Positions 16,282 to 26,963 of a stretch of DNA of 64,000 nucleotides are shown here, piece after piece. Below the pieces are notes generated by a model, which had not been told where the DNA came from, did not search any database, and saw only the letters and a list, made by a program, of their open reading frames with translations. Position numbers and translations under genes: made by a program. Within the stretch, counting starts at the first letter, position 1, and each line of letters opens with the position of its first letter. The DNA is from Eledone cirrhosa (lineage: Eukaryota), in contig CAXHJY010000021.1 in the NCBI GenBank assembly GCA_964016885.1, positions 67,790-131,789 of the forward strand, in the 5' to 3' direction.

Positions 16282-19200
16282 CTAATGACCATGCTGTAAA
16301 ATGGAGGGGTAGAGAGGGCCATTGAGTCTAGTAAGACATCCTCTCTAGAGCTGGTGGCACAAATAAAAGCACCCAGTCCATGCTGTAAAGTGGCGCTGGT
16401 GTTAGGAAGGGCATCCAACCAGTGTATCAATGCCAAAAAGCTTATCAGCACAGCAACAAAACAGCATAGAAAAATATGAAGACGTCGCATCTCAGAGTTG
16501 CAACACTTAATGTTGGCACTCTCAGAGGTAGGTCTGCTGAAATAGCGGAGATGCTGGAGAGAAGGCAGGTGGATGTGTGCTGCGTGCAAGAGATGAGATG
16601 GAGGGGTGCCTCTGCGAGACTAGTCGTAGGCAAGCGTCTTAGCTATAAGCTATTCTGGGTAGGTAAGGATGATGGGTTAGGGGGAGTAGGCATTTTCCTG
16701 GCTGAGAAATGGATCAATAAGACAATAGAGGTAGTTCGAGTTAGTAATCGAATAATTAAGCTTAGATTAGTTGTAGGTAGGAGACTACTGACAATCATCT
16801 CGGTCTATGCTCCCCAAGCAGGCCTAGGCAAAGATGAGAAAGACTGCTTTTATGAGCAACTTTTGCAAACAACCACAATGACAGAGGACGGAGACATCGT
16901 TATGCTAGCAGGAGACTTCAATGGTCATGTTGGACAGCTCCAGGATGGTTACACTGGGGTACATGGTGGGCACGGTTACGGTTCAAGAAATGAAGAAGGA
17001 GTGAGACTTCTTGAATTTTGTGATGCAAGTACATTGACTATTTGCAACACAAACTTCCAGAAACCTGCCAATCACCTAATAACCTACAAATCTGGTGAGC
17101 ACATAAGCCAGATTGACTTCCTGCTAGTTAGGCAGCGGGACAGGCAGATAGTGTCTAATACCAAGGCATACCCTGGGGAAGAATGTACCCCACAGCATAG
17201 GTTAGTTGTTAGTGATATCTCAGTAAGCAAGAGATGGAATGAGACATATAGGAAGGTGTGGAGAAGAAAGGTCTGGAAGCTAAGACCTTTCATTAAAATT
17301 CAAATTTAGGAAAGCCCTTCAAGATGTATATGACGAAAAAGAAGACGATTTAGAGACGTATGACATAGATAATAACTGGAAGTTCTTACGTGACAACTTG
17401 CTGAAGGCTACTGATGAAACCTGTGGCTGGAGCAGAGCTCCAACCAGACAGAGAGTGACCTGGTGGTGGAACAGCAGTGTAGATAAGGCTATTAGAGACA
17501 AAAGACTAGCATGGAAGGCTTGGAATAAGGGTGGGAGTAGGGAAGAATATACAGCCACTAAGAGAGAAGCTAGACGTCAGGTGTACTTAGCACGCAGGGA
17601 GGCAGAGAGTAGGAGGTTTGCCAATGTTCTGCGACGGGAAGATCAGAGGCGTGCGGTGTTCCACATTGCAAGGCAGTGTGTCAATGCAAATCAGGATGTT
17701 GTTGGTGATAAATGTGTCCGGGATGATGCCGGTGTACTTAGTGTCACGAATGACCAGAAAAAAGAGGCCTGGAAATGTCATTATGAGAGACTGATGAATG
17801 TGGAGAACAAATGGGAGAGAGAGAAATTACCCTTGGTAGATCCGACAGAGGGACCAGCTATTGAGATTGACGAATATAGGGTCCAAGAGGCGATTAGGGA
17901 AATGAAAAATGGTAAGGTGGCCGGACCATCGGGAATAGTTGCTGAGATGCTGAAGGCATCAGGGGACGTAGGCACTAAACTGGTTGCACGCATAATGAAT
18001 CAGGCTATATATGGTGGTGTCATACCCAAAGACTGGTGCAGCAGTATTCTCATAAATTGCTATAAAGGTAAAGGGGATGCTCTGGAAAGGAGCAATTACA
18101 GGGATATAAAACTGATGGATCAGGTTATGAAAGTGGCAGAAAGGATATTAGCACAACTAATTAGAGAAAGGGTCAAACTAGACGAGATGCAGTTTGGTTT
18201 TGTGCCTGGGAAGAGTACAACAGATGCCCTCTTGGTGAGACAATTGCAAGAGGTTCTTAGAGAAAAATAAGCCACTATACTTAGCCTTTGTTGACCTAGA
18301 GAAGGCCTTTGATAGGGTACCCCGATCTGTCATCTGGTGTTCCCTAAGGAAGCTAGGTGTTGAGGAATGGCTTGTGAGGACAGTGCAAACTTTGTACAGA
18401 GGTACTCTCAGTAAAGTCAGGGTAGGAATGGAGTTTAGTGAGGAATTCCAGATACAAGTAGGAGTACATCAGGGTTCGGTCCTCAGCCCGCTCTTGTTCA
18501 TTATAGTCCTCCAAGCCATAACAGAGGAGTTTAAGACTGGCTGTCCATGGGAACTTCTCTATGCTGACGATCTGGCTCTTATGGCAGAATCAGTAGAGGA
18601 GCTAGAGAATAAATTCCGGCTATGGAAACAGCAGTTGGAAGCAAGAGGACTGAGAGTAAATCTAGCTAAGACAAAAGTGTTGATGAGTAGAAAAGAGGAC
18701 AAAACCCTGATTCCGTCAGGGAAATGGCCATGTTCGATATGCAGAAAAGGAACTGGCATAAATTCTATAAAATGCACACAATGTAGGTCCTGGGTACACA
18801 AGAGATGTAGCGGGATAGCAGGCAAACTAACAGGTAGGGAGAAATATTTATGCAGTAGATGTACAGGGAAGTTAGACAGTAGAAGTCGCACTGATAGACA
18901 CATTTTTCAAATGCAAGAGGGCGCTATAGAAGTGGTGGATAGCTTCCGGTACCTAGGAGATCAGATTAGCATGGGAGGAGGGTGTTCCGAGGCCATAGTA
19001 TCTAGAATAAGGACGGGTTGGAAGAAGTTTAGGGAGCTGCTTCCTCTGTTGACGAAGAAGGGTTTCTCCCTGCATACGAAAGGCCGGTTGTATGATGCTG
19101 CATGGTAGTGAGACATAGGCAGCTACCGCAGAAGATATGCGACGGCTGGAGAGAAATGAGGCAAGCATGCTCCGTTGGATGTGCAGTGTAAATGTGCGTG

Positions 19201-19530
19201 GACGACCCAACATAAATGTGTTGAGAGAGAAACTGTGTCTGAGAGGGATAGAATGTAGTGTACGGGAGAGGAGACTGAGGTGGTATGGACATGTGATGCG
19301 CATGGAGGATGACCGATGGGTGAAGAAGTGCCAGGAAATGCCAGTTGAAGGAAGACGTGGTAGAGGTAGACCACGAAAAACATGGGCGGAGGTGGTGAGA
19401 ACAGACCTCAGATCATTGAAGCTCACGGTGGAGATGACGAGGGACCGTGACGAGTGGAGAGATGCTGTGCTGAATAAGACCCGTCCCACCCTTGCAAGCA
19501 GGGAAAAGCGGACGTAAAATGATGATGATG
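16282..19530 (+). mobile_element. RTE-clade LINE (family C), near full-length, degenerate; APE-RT with PHD insert; (GAT)n tail
   Basis: ORFs 16476-17309, 17398-18270, 18374-19108 and 19137-19517. Motifs ATLNVGTL, QEMRW, GDFNGH, YADD, C4HC3 and RGRPRKTW. 3' stem-loop cgtcc...ggacg. Confidence 0.92.
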
Positions 19531-19804
19531 ATATATATATATACATATACATACACATATACACATACATACACACACCATATATATACACATACACACA
19601 CGCATACATATAGAGACATACATATACACATATAAATACATAGACATATACATATATACACACATATATATATATACACACATACATATATACATACGTT
19701 CACAACACACACATATATATATATATATTACACATATACACATATATAAACACACTCATGTATATACACATATACACATACATACCCACATTTTTATTTT
19801 TTTA

Positions 19805-19847
<43 letters not shown>

Positions 19848-19959
19848 TTATATATATTTATATATATATATAAATATATATATAAATATATATATAAATA
19901 TATATATAAATATATAAATATATATATATATAAATAAATATATATATAAATATATAAAT

Positions 19960-19990
<31 letters not shown>

Positions 19991-20066
19991 ATATATATAT
20001 ATATATATAAATATATATATAAATATATATATAAATATATAAATATATATATATATAAATATATAA

Positions 20067-20100
<34 letters not shown>

Positions 20101-20125
20101 AATATATATATAAATATATATATAA

Positions 20126-20178
<53 letters not shown>

Positions 20179-20294
20179 TATATATATATATATTTATATA
20201 TATATTTATATATATATATTTATATATATATATTTATATTTATATATATATATTTATATATATATATTTATATATATATATTTATATATATATT

Positions 20295-20326
<32 letters not shown>

Positions 20327-20424
20327 TATATATATATTTATATATATATATTTATATATTTATATGTATATATTTATATATATATATTTATATATATATA
20401 TTTATATATATATATATATTTATA

Positions 20425-20479
<55 letters not shown>

Positions 20480-20574
20480 TTATATATATATATTTATATA
20501 TATATATTTATATATATATATTTATATATATTTATATATATATATTTATATATATATTTATTTATATATATATA

Positions 20575-20631
20575 TTACACCTCTCAAAGGCGATGACACA
20601 CGACCGTGACCTCTGGCGCCACGCAGTAATC
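20575..20631 (+). mobile_element. Approximately 57-bp internal fragment of RTE-B
   Basis: Encodes [19 protein letters not shown], matching the C-terminus in 39562-40176. Confidence 0.7.
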
Positions 20632-20703
20632 TATATACATATATAAACACACACCCACATTTTTATTTTTTTAATATTTTATATATATTTATATATATAT
20701 ATT

Positions 20704-20904
<201 letters not shown>

Positions 20905-21253
20905 TCATCATCATCAACGTTTAACGTCCGTGTTCCACGCTTGCATGGGTTTGGACGGGGGTAGTCCCACTTGAGGCAAGAGTGATTGTCTTGCTCGCAT
21001 AGGACTGTCTGGCAGGTTTTCTACAGTTGGATGCCCTTCCTAACACCAACCACATTTACAGTGTGGGTCTGGGAGGTTTTTACCGTGTTGCCTACACGGC
21101 CACATTACAGCGTGGACTGTGTGTTTTTTTGTCGTGACACCTACACGATCTCATTTGTTTCGGCCCGGATGGCGCGGCACCAACATAACTTTACATAGGA
21201 CGGGGTGGTGTGGATGGGGTGGGGGTGGTGGTGGTGGGACGGGGTGTATTTTG

Positions 21254-24200
21254 TTAGAGATGCCTACTGGCAAGGCGGGTCTTCTCTGTTACTGAGTACC
21301 GCCAAAGGTCTCGGTCCAGTGACATTGTCTTGGAGAGGTGTAAGTGTGTGAGGTCGGAGTTTATCAGCTCGTCCCAGGTTTTTCTAGGTCTGCCTATTCC
21401 GTGGCTACCGTCTATCTTTATTGCCCTGCACTTTGTTATACAGCTATCGACTTTCATGCGCATCACGTGTCCATACCAACGTAGCCTTCTCTCGAGTAAA
21501 CAACATCTGATCCCTCTTATCTCTAATTTTTTCCTTAGTTCGTTTATGCTTTGCCGTTCACGTATATTACTGTTACACATCCAGCGGAGCATGCAAGCTT
21601 CGTTCCTCTCTAGTCTGCGTATATCCTCTGCACACAATGCCCAGGTCTCACTGCCATGCAACATTGCTGTTCGTATGCAGGCATCGTACAACCTGCCTTT
21701 CATTTTTAGGGAGAACCCTTTAGCAGCTAATAGTGGTATAAGCTCTCTGAACTTTTTCCAACCAGTTCTGACTCTAGCTACAGTACTTTCAGAGCACCCT
21801 CCCCCACTGCTGATTTTATCGCCCAGGTAACGGAAGCTGTCCACTATTTCTATAGAACCCTCTGCGCAATTGAAAGAGCTAGTATTGTGTGGGCACTTGC
21901 TGCTACTTATTGCACCAGAACACCGGCCACATGTAAAATCTATGTTCTTAGTTAGCTTACCTGTGATCCCACTACATCTTTTATGCACCCATACTTTGCA
22001 TTTAGGACACAAAATGGAGTTTCTACCTACGCCTTTCCTACACACCGAGCACGACCATTTCCCAGAAGGGACCGCCGCCTTGTTTTCTTTCCTACAGACT
22101 AGAACTTTGGTCTTAGCCAGGTTAATTTTAAGTCCTTTTGACTCTAGGCCGTGCTTCCATGTTTGGAATTTCTTCTCTAGCTCGGCCATTGATTCCGCTA
22201 TGAGTGTCAGGTCGTCTGCGTATAGGAGTTCCCATGGGCAGCCTGTCTTGAACTCCTCTGTTATAGCCTGAAGGGCAATAATAAATAGTAGGGGGCTGAG
22301 AACAGAGCCCTGATGGACGCCAACTTTTACGCTAAACTCTTCACTATATTCGTTGTTAATTCTAACCTTGCTGACTGTTTCTTTATACATGGCTTGTATA
22401 GCCCTCACAAGCCATTCGTCAACGCCTAGTTTTCTAAGAGCCCACCAGATAATGGAGCGGGGGACTCTGTCGAAGGCTTTCTCCAAGTCGACAAAAGCTA
22501 AGTAGAGGGGTTTACCTTTAGCTAGGTACTTCTCCTGTAGTTGTCGTACTATGAAAAGAGCGTCTGTGGTACTTTTGCCTGACACAAACCCGAACTGCAT
22601 TTCATCTAGGTCAATTCTCTCTCTGATTAGTTGCGCTATTACTTTTTCTGTGACCTTCATGACCTGGTCGATTAATTTAATGCCTCTATAGTTACTCCTA
22701 TCTAGGGCGTCTCCTTTACCCTTATAACAGTTAACGATGATGCTGCTATGCCAGTCCTTCGGAACAACCCCATTCTGTACGACTTGGTTAACTATGCGGG
22801 TGACCATGGTGTGTCCCACCGTGCCAGATGCCTTCAGCATCTCAGCAACTATTTCCGAAGGCCCAGCCGCCTTACCTGTCTTCATATCCTTGATTGCCTT
22901 ACTTATTATACTCCCCTCGACTAACACTGCTGGTCCCTCTATTGGGTCGACATGGGGGAGACTGTCTTTCTCCCATTTATTCTCCTCATTTAGTAGCCTT
23001 TCATAGTGACACTTCCAAGCTGCCTTCTTATCAGTGTCGGTGATGGCAAGTATGCCATCATCGTTAAGTACACACTTCTCCCCGACAATATCACGGTTTT
23101 CCTTGACGCATTGCCTAGCAATCCTGAACACCTCACGTTTTTGGTCATCGCGTTGTAGGACATGCTTGAACTTTCTTTCCTCAGCTTCCCTTCTTGCTAA
23201 GTACACTTCTCTCCTAGCTTCCCTCCTGGCCACTTGATAGTCTACTCTACTTCCCCCATCCCGCCATACTTTCCAAGCCTGCTTTTTGGCCTTAATTGAC
23301 TCCTCCACCTTACTGTTCCACCACCATGTTACTCTCCTCCTGCCTACAGGCCTGCTCCAGCCACAGACTTCGTCTGTGGCCAACAGCAGGTTTGCTTTCA
23401 GAAATTCCCACTGTCCCTCTATATTGTCCGACTCTAAGTGTTCTTCCTTACTGTCGAAAGCATCAAGTAATATGTTTTGAAATTTATTTTTGGCTGTGGG
23501 GTCCTTTAGCTTCCATATTTTTCTCCTGAGGATAGTCCTCTTCTGCTGTCGAGTACGTCTCGACCTGACTATGAGGTCGCTAATTATCAGTCTATGTTGG
23601 GTGGTGCATTCTTCATGGGGGAGGGATTTAGTGTTTACAACAGACACTCTGTCACGTCTTCTGGTAAGGATATAATCTACCTGGCTTGTGTGTTCCCCGG
23701 ATCTATAGGTGATCAGGTGATTGTCACGTTTTTTGAAGTTAGTGTTACAGATAGTTAGGTTATTTGCATCACAGAATTCCAGGATTCTGGAGCCTTCCTC
23801 ATTTCTAGTACCAAACCCATAGCCTCCATGGATTTCGTCGTAGCCGTCACAATGTTGCCCAACGTGACCATTTAGGTCGCCTGCAATAATTATATAGTCA
23901 CTGTCAGATATTTGGGAGGTAGTGAGCATCAGTGTCTCATAGAATCTGTCTTTTATAGTGCCGGGCAGTCCGGATTGGGGTGCATACGCAGATATTACTG
24001 TCACCGTAGTTCTATTGAGGACAAGTCGTATTTTAATTATTCTGTCGTTCACTCTATTTACGTCTATTATCTTATCCGCCCACTTTTCTGCTACCATGAT
24101 TCCTACTCCACCCAGCCCATCGTCGTTTCCCGCCCAGAAAAGCTTATAACATCGTTTTTTACCCTCAATGAATCTAGCAGACCCACCCCTCCACCTGGTC

Positions 24201-24508
24201 TCTTGAATACAACAAACATCGACCTCCTTACGTTCAAGCATTTCTACAACCTCGTTAGCGCGCCCCTTTAGGGTGCCTACATTTATGGTACCAACTCTGA
24301 AGTTTTGGATCGCGTTTGGAGGGTGGGGGTGGTGTGGGGCGGGGGGAGATGGTGTTATGTTAGCCATCCGCGGGCGAAACAAAGAAGAGTGCTCGCATTC
24401 TCGTCCACGAGATGAATTTGACTTTAGCATTGGCATTTTCGCTCTGAGCGTCCAGATTTTTCTCTCCCCTCCACTCTCCAGGATTCCGCAGTCCGTCCAT
24501 CCATCCAT
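21254..24508 (-). CDS. Uninterrupted RTE ORF: AP endonuclease plus reverse transcriptase with embedded PHD finger (1084 aa; the true start may be a downstream Met)
   Basis: GTINVGTL, QETRW, SAYAPQ, GDLNGH, NYRGIKL, DLEKAFD, GVHQGS, YADD, C4HC3 finger, FRYLG, GRPRKTW. No stops. Confidence 0.93.
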   Translation of the reverse strand: MDGWTDCGILESGGERKIWTLRAKMPMLKSNSSRGRECEHSSLFRPRMANITPSPPAPHHPHPPNAIQNFRVGTINVGTLKGRANEVVEMLERKEVDVCCIQETRWRGGSARFIEGKKRCYKLFWAGNDDGLGGVGIMVAEKWADKIIDVNRVNDRIIKIRLVLNRTTVTVISAYAPQSGLPGTIKDRFYETLMLTTSQISDSDYIIIAGDLNGHVGQHCDGYDEIHGGYGFGTRNEEGSRILEFCDANNLTICNTNFKKRDNHLITYRSGEHTSQVDYILTRRRDRVSVVNTKSLPHEECTTQHRLIISDLIVRSRRTRQQKRTILRRKIWKLKDPTAKNKFQNILLDAFDSKEEHLESDNIEGQWEFLKANLLLATDEVCGWSRPVGRRRVTWWWNSKVEESIKAKKQAWKVWRDGGSRVDYQVARREARREVYLARREAEERKFKHVLQRDDQKREVFRIARQCVKENRDIVGEKCVLNDDGILAITDTDKKAAWKCHYERLLNEENKWEKDSLPHVDPIEGPAVLVEGSIISKAIKDMKTGKAAGPSEIVAEMLKASGTVGHTMVTRIVNQVVQNGVVPKDWHSSIIVNCYKGKGDALDRSNYRGIKLIDQVMKVTEKVIAQLIRERIDLDEMQFGFVSGKSTTDALFIVRQLQEKYLAKGKPLYLAFVDLEKAFDRVPRSIIWWALRKLGVDEWLVRAIQAMYKETVSKVRINNEYSEEFSVKVGVHQGSVLSPLLFIIALQAITEEFKTGCPWELLYADDLTLIAESMAELEKKFQTWKHGLESKGLKINLAKTKVLVCRKENKAAVPSGKWSCSVCRKGVGRNSILCPKCKVWVHKRCSGITGKLTKNIDFTCGRCSGAISSSKCPHNTSSFNCAEGSIEIVDSFRYLGDKISSGGGCSESTVARVRTGWKKFRELIPLLAAKGFSLKMKGRLYDACIRTAMLHGSETWALCAEDIRRLERNEACMLRWMCNSNIRERQSINELRKKLEIRGIRCCLLERRLRWYGHVMRMKVDSCITKCRAIKIDGSHGIGRPRKTWDELINSDLTHLHLSKTMSLDRDLWRYSVTEKTRLASRHL

Positions 24509-24727
24509 CCATCATATATCGAAGGCAACCGTGCAAGCGATAGTATAGGCCTCTGGCTTATGATTGGTCCGCGTAATAATAATAATGGTGATGCGTGTGG
24601 GGGGGGGGGGGGTCTCTGGCTTATAGTAATAATGGTGATGCGTGTGGGGGGGGGTCTCTGGCTTATGATTGGTCCACGTATTAAGAATGGTGGTGTGTGG
24701 GGGCGGGTGGGAGGGATGTGGGGTAGC

Positions 24728-26510
24728 TAGCTGGAAGGTTATGAATGTTTACCAGCGAGTAACAAAAAGCAAAACTGCAAGATTTGTTCTGTTCAATACG
24801 ACAAAAACACCGTATTTAAACCTTAATAAATAACAAAAAATACAGATTTCGGATTTTGCGGGATTGGATGTTTGTACGAAATTGTGGTGTGTGGAGGAGA
24901 TAGGAAAAACGTGAACGTTACGATTACATGGTTACACCGTAGTAGGGGTAGTTGAAGCAGCAATTGTTTGGCGAAAGTGAATAAACATGAACGGGAATTT
25001 ATCTTATATATATATGTGTGTGTGTGTGTGTAGCTAAGAGAGAGAGAGAGAGAGTGGGAAGGGGGAGAGAGAGAGAGAGAGAGAGAGAGTGGCTGACCGC
25101 AACCCCTCGTGAAGAAAATGGTGGGTGAAGGGTGTATGAGCGGGATTTTTGACTTTCGAGGTAGCATGATATATATATTTAAAGTAAATTATAAGAAGTA
25201 GAATGGAAAGGATTTTGTTGTTTTTTGTTTTTTTTTGTTTGAGAATACGATAGAATTAGGGAATTGGAGGATACGATAGAATTAAGAATGGGAAGGATTT
25301 TGTTTTTTTTTGTTTGGGAATACGATGGAATTAAGGAATTTAAGGAATTGGAGAATACGATAGAATTAGCTGGAAGGTTATGAATGTTTACCAGCGAGTA
25401 ACAAAAAGCAAAACTGCAAGATTTGTTCTGTTCAATACGACAAAAACACCGTATTTAAACCTTAATAAATAACAAAAAATACAGATTTCGGATTTTGCGG
25501 GATTGGATGTTTGTACGAAATTGTGGTGTGTGGAGGAGATAGGAAAAACGTGAACGTTACGATTACATGGTTACACCGTAGTAGGGGTAGTTGAAGCAGC
25601 AATTGTTTGGCGAAAGTGAATAAACATGAACGGGAATTTATCTTATATATATATGTGTGTGTGTGTGTGTAGCTAAGAGAGAGAGAGAGAGAGTGGGAAG
25701 GGGGAGAGAGAGAGAGAGAGAGAGAGAGTGGCTGACCGCAACCCCTCGTGAAGAAAATGGTGGGTGAAGGGTGTATGAGCGGGATTTTTGACTTTCGAGG
25801 TAGCATGATATATATATTTAAAGTAAATTATAAGAAGTAGAATGGAAAGGATTTTGTTGTTTTTTGTTTTTTTTTGTTTGAGAATACGATAGAATTAGGG
25901 AATTGGAGGATACGATAGAATTAAGAATGGGAAGGATTTTGTTTTTTTTTGTTTGGGAATACGATGGAATTAAGGAATTTAAGGAATTGGAGAATACGAT
26001 AGAATTAGCTGGAAGGTTATGAATGTTTACCAGCGAGTAACAAAAAGCAAAACTGCAAGATTTGTTCTGTTCAATACGACAAAAACACCGTATTTAAACC
26101 TTAATAAATAACAAAAAATACAGATTTCGGATTTTGCGGGATTGGATGTTTGTACGAAATTGTGGTGTGTGGAGGAGATAGGAAAAACGTGAACGTTACG
26201 ATTACATGGTTACACCGTAGTAGGGGTAGTTGAAGCAGCAATTGTTTGGCGAAAGTGAATAAACATGAACGGGAATTTATCTTATATATATATGTGTGTG
26301 TGTGTGTGTAGCTAAGAGAGAGAGAGAGAGAGTGGGAAGGGGGAGAGAGAGAGAGAGAGAGAGAGTGGCTGACCGCAACCCCTCGTGAAGAAAATGGTGG
26401 GTGAAGGGTGTATGAGCGGGATTTTTGACTTTCGAGGTAGCATGATATATATATTTAAAGTAAATTATAAGAAGTAGAATGGAAAGGATTTTGTTGTTTT
26501 TTGTTTTTTT
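24728..26510. repeat. Tandem array of about 2.8 copies of a 639-bp unit
   Basis: tagctggaaggttatg starts at 24728, 25367 and 26006. Units are near-identical apart from microsatellite length. Confidence 0.95.
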
Positions 26511-26521
26511 ATATATATATA

Positions 26522-26588
<67 letters not shown>

Positions 26589-26613
26589 TTATATATATAT
26601 ATATTTATATATA

Positions 26614-26706
<93 letters not shown>

Positions 26707-26709
<3 letters not shown>

Positions 26710-26963
26710 GTAGGAGGTGAGTTTTATTGTAGTACAATAAAGCAATGCAGATATCGGATAAGAAGCACTCTACAGTTTGTGGGACTGGAGTATGCATAAT
26801 ATAAGATCAAAAGATGGTTAAAGGAGTTCCATATATTTTATTATGCGCATTTCAAAAACAAACATCATCAAACAATAATATTTGTGTTTTCATCAGATAA
26901 AACAGGAGAACATATGAAGGCTAAAAAACACTTGTTGATAGTGCAGTTTTAAATCAACATATG
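26707..26963 (-). mobile_element. PLE family C 3' end (full tail) fused to a 3'-truncated RTE
   Basis: Homologous to 11312-11483 and 12731-12775. Contains a hammerhead. Confidence 0.8.
26835..26903 (-). ncRNA. Type I minimal hammerhead ribozyme (family C)
   Basis: gttttat CTGATGA ... GAAA tgcgca TA ataaaat. Confidence 0.8.

Noticed and set aside
21330-24548. Antisense ORFs over RTE, CR1 and PLE coding regions
   Set aside because: Shadow frames with no recognisable motifs. They recur only because the elements are repeated.
25090-25167. HDV-like ribozyme in the RTE 5' monomer (cctcg...cgagg)
   Set aside because: I could not build the nested double pseudoknot by eye on the element strand. It needs a descriptor search.
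24823-25806. Identical 114-aa ORFs in the 639-bp monomers as a possible ORF1
   Set aside because: They run through (CT)n and (CA)n microsatellites, and the third unit's microsatellite length differs, breaking the frame.
24728-26510. CRISPR-like array
   Set aside because: Long identical units with no unique spacers, in a eukaryotic context.
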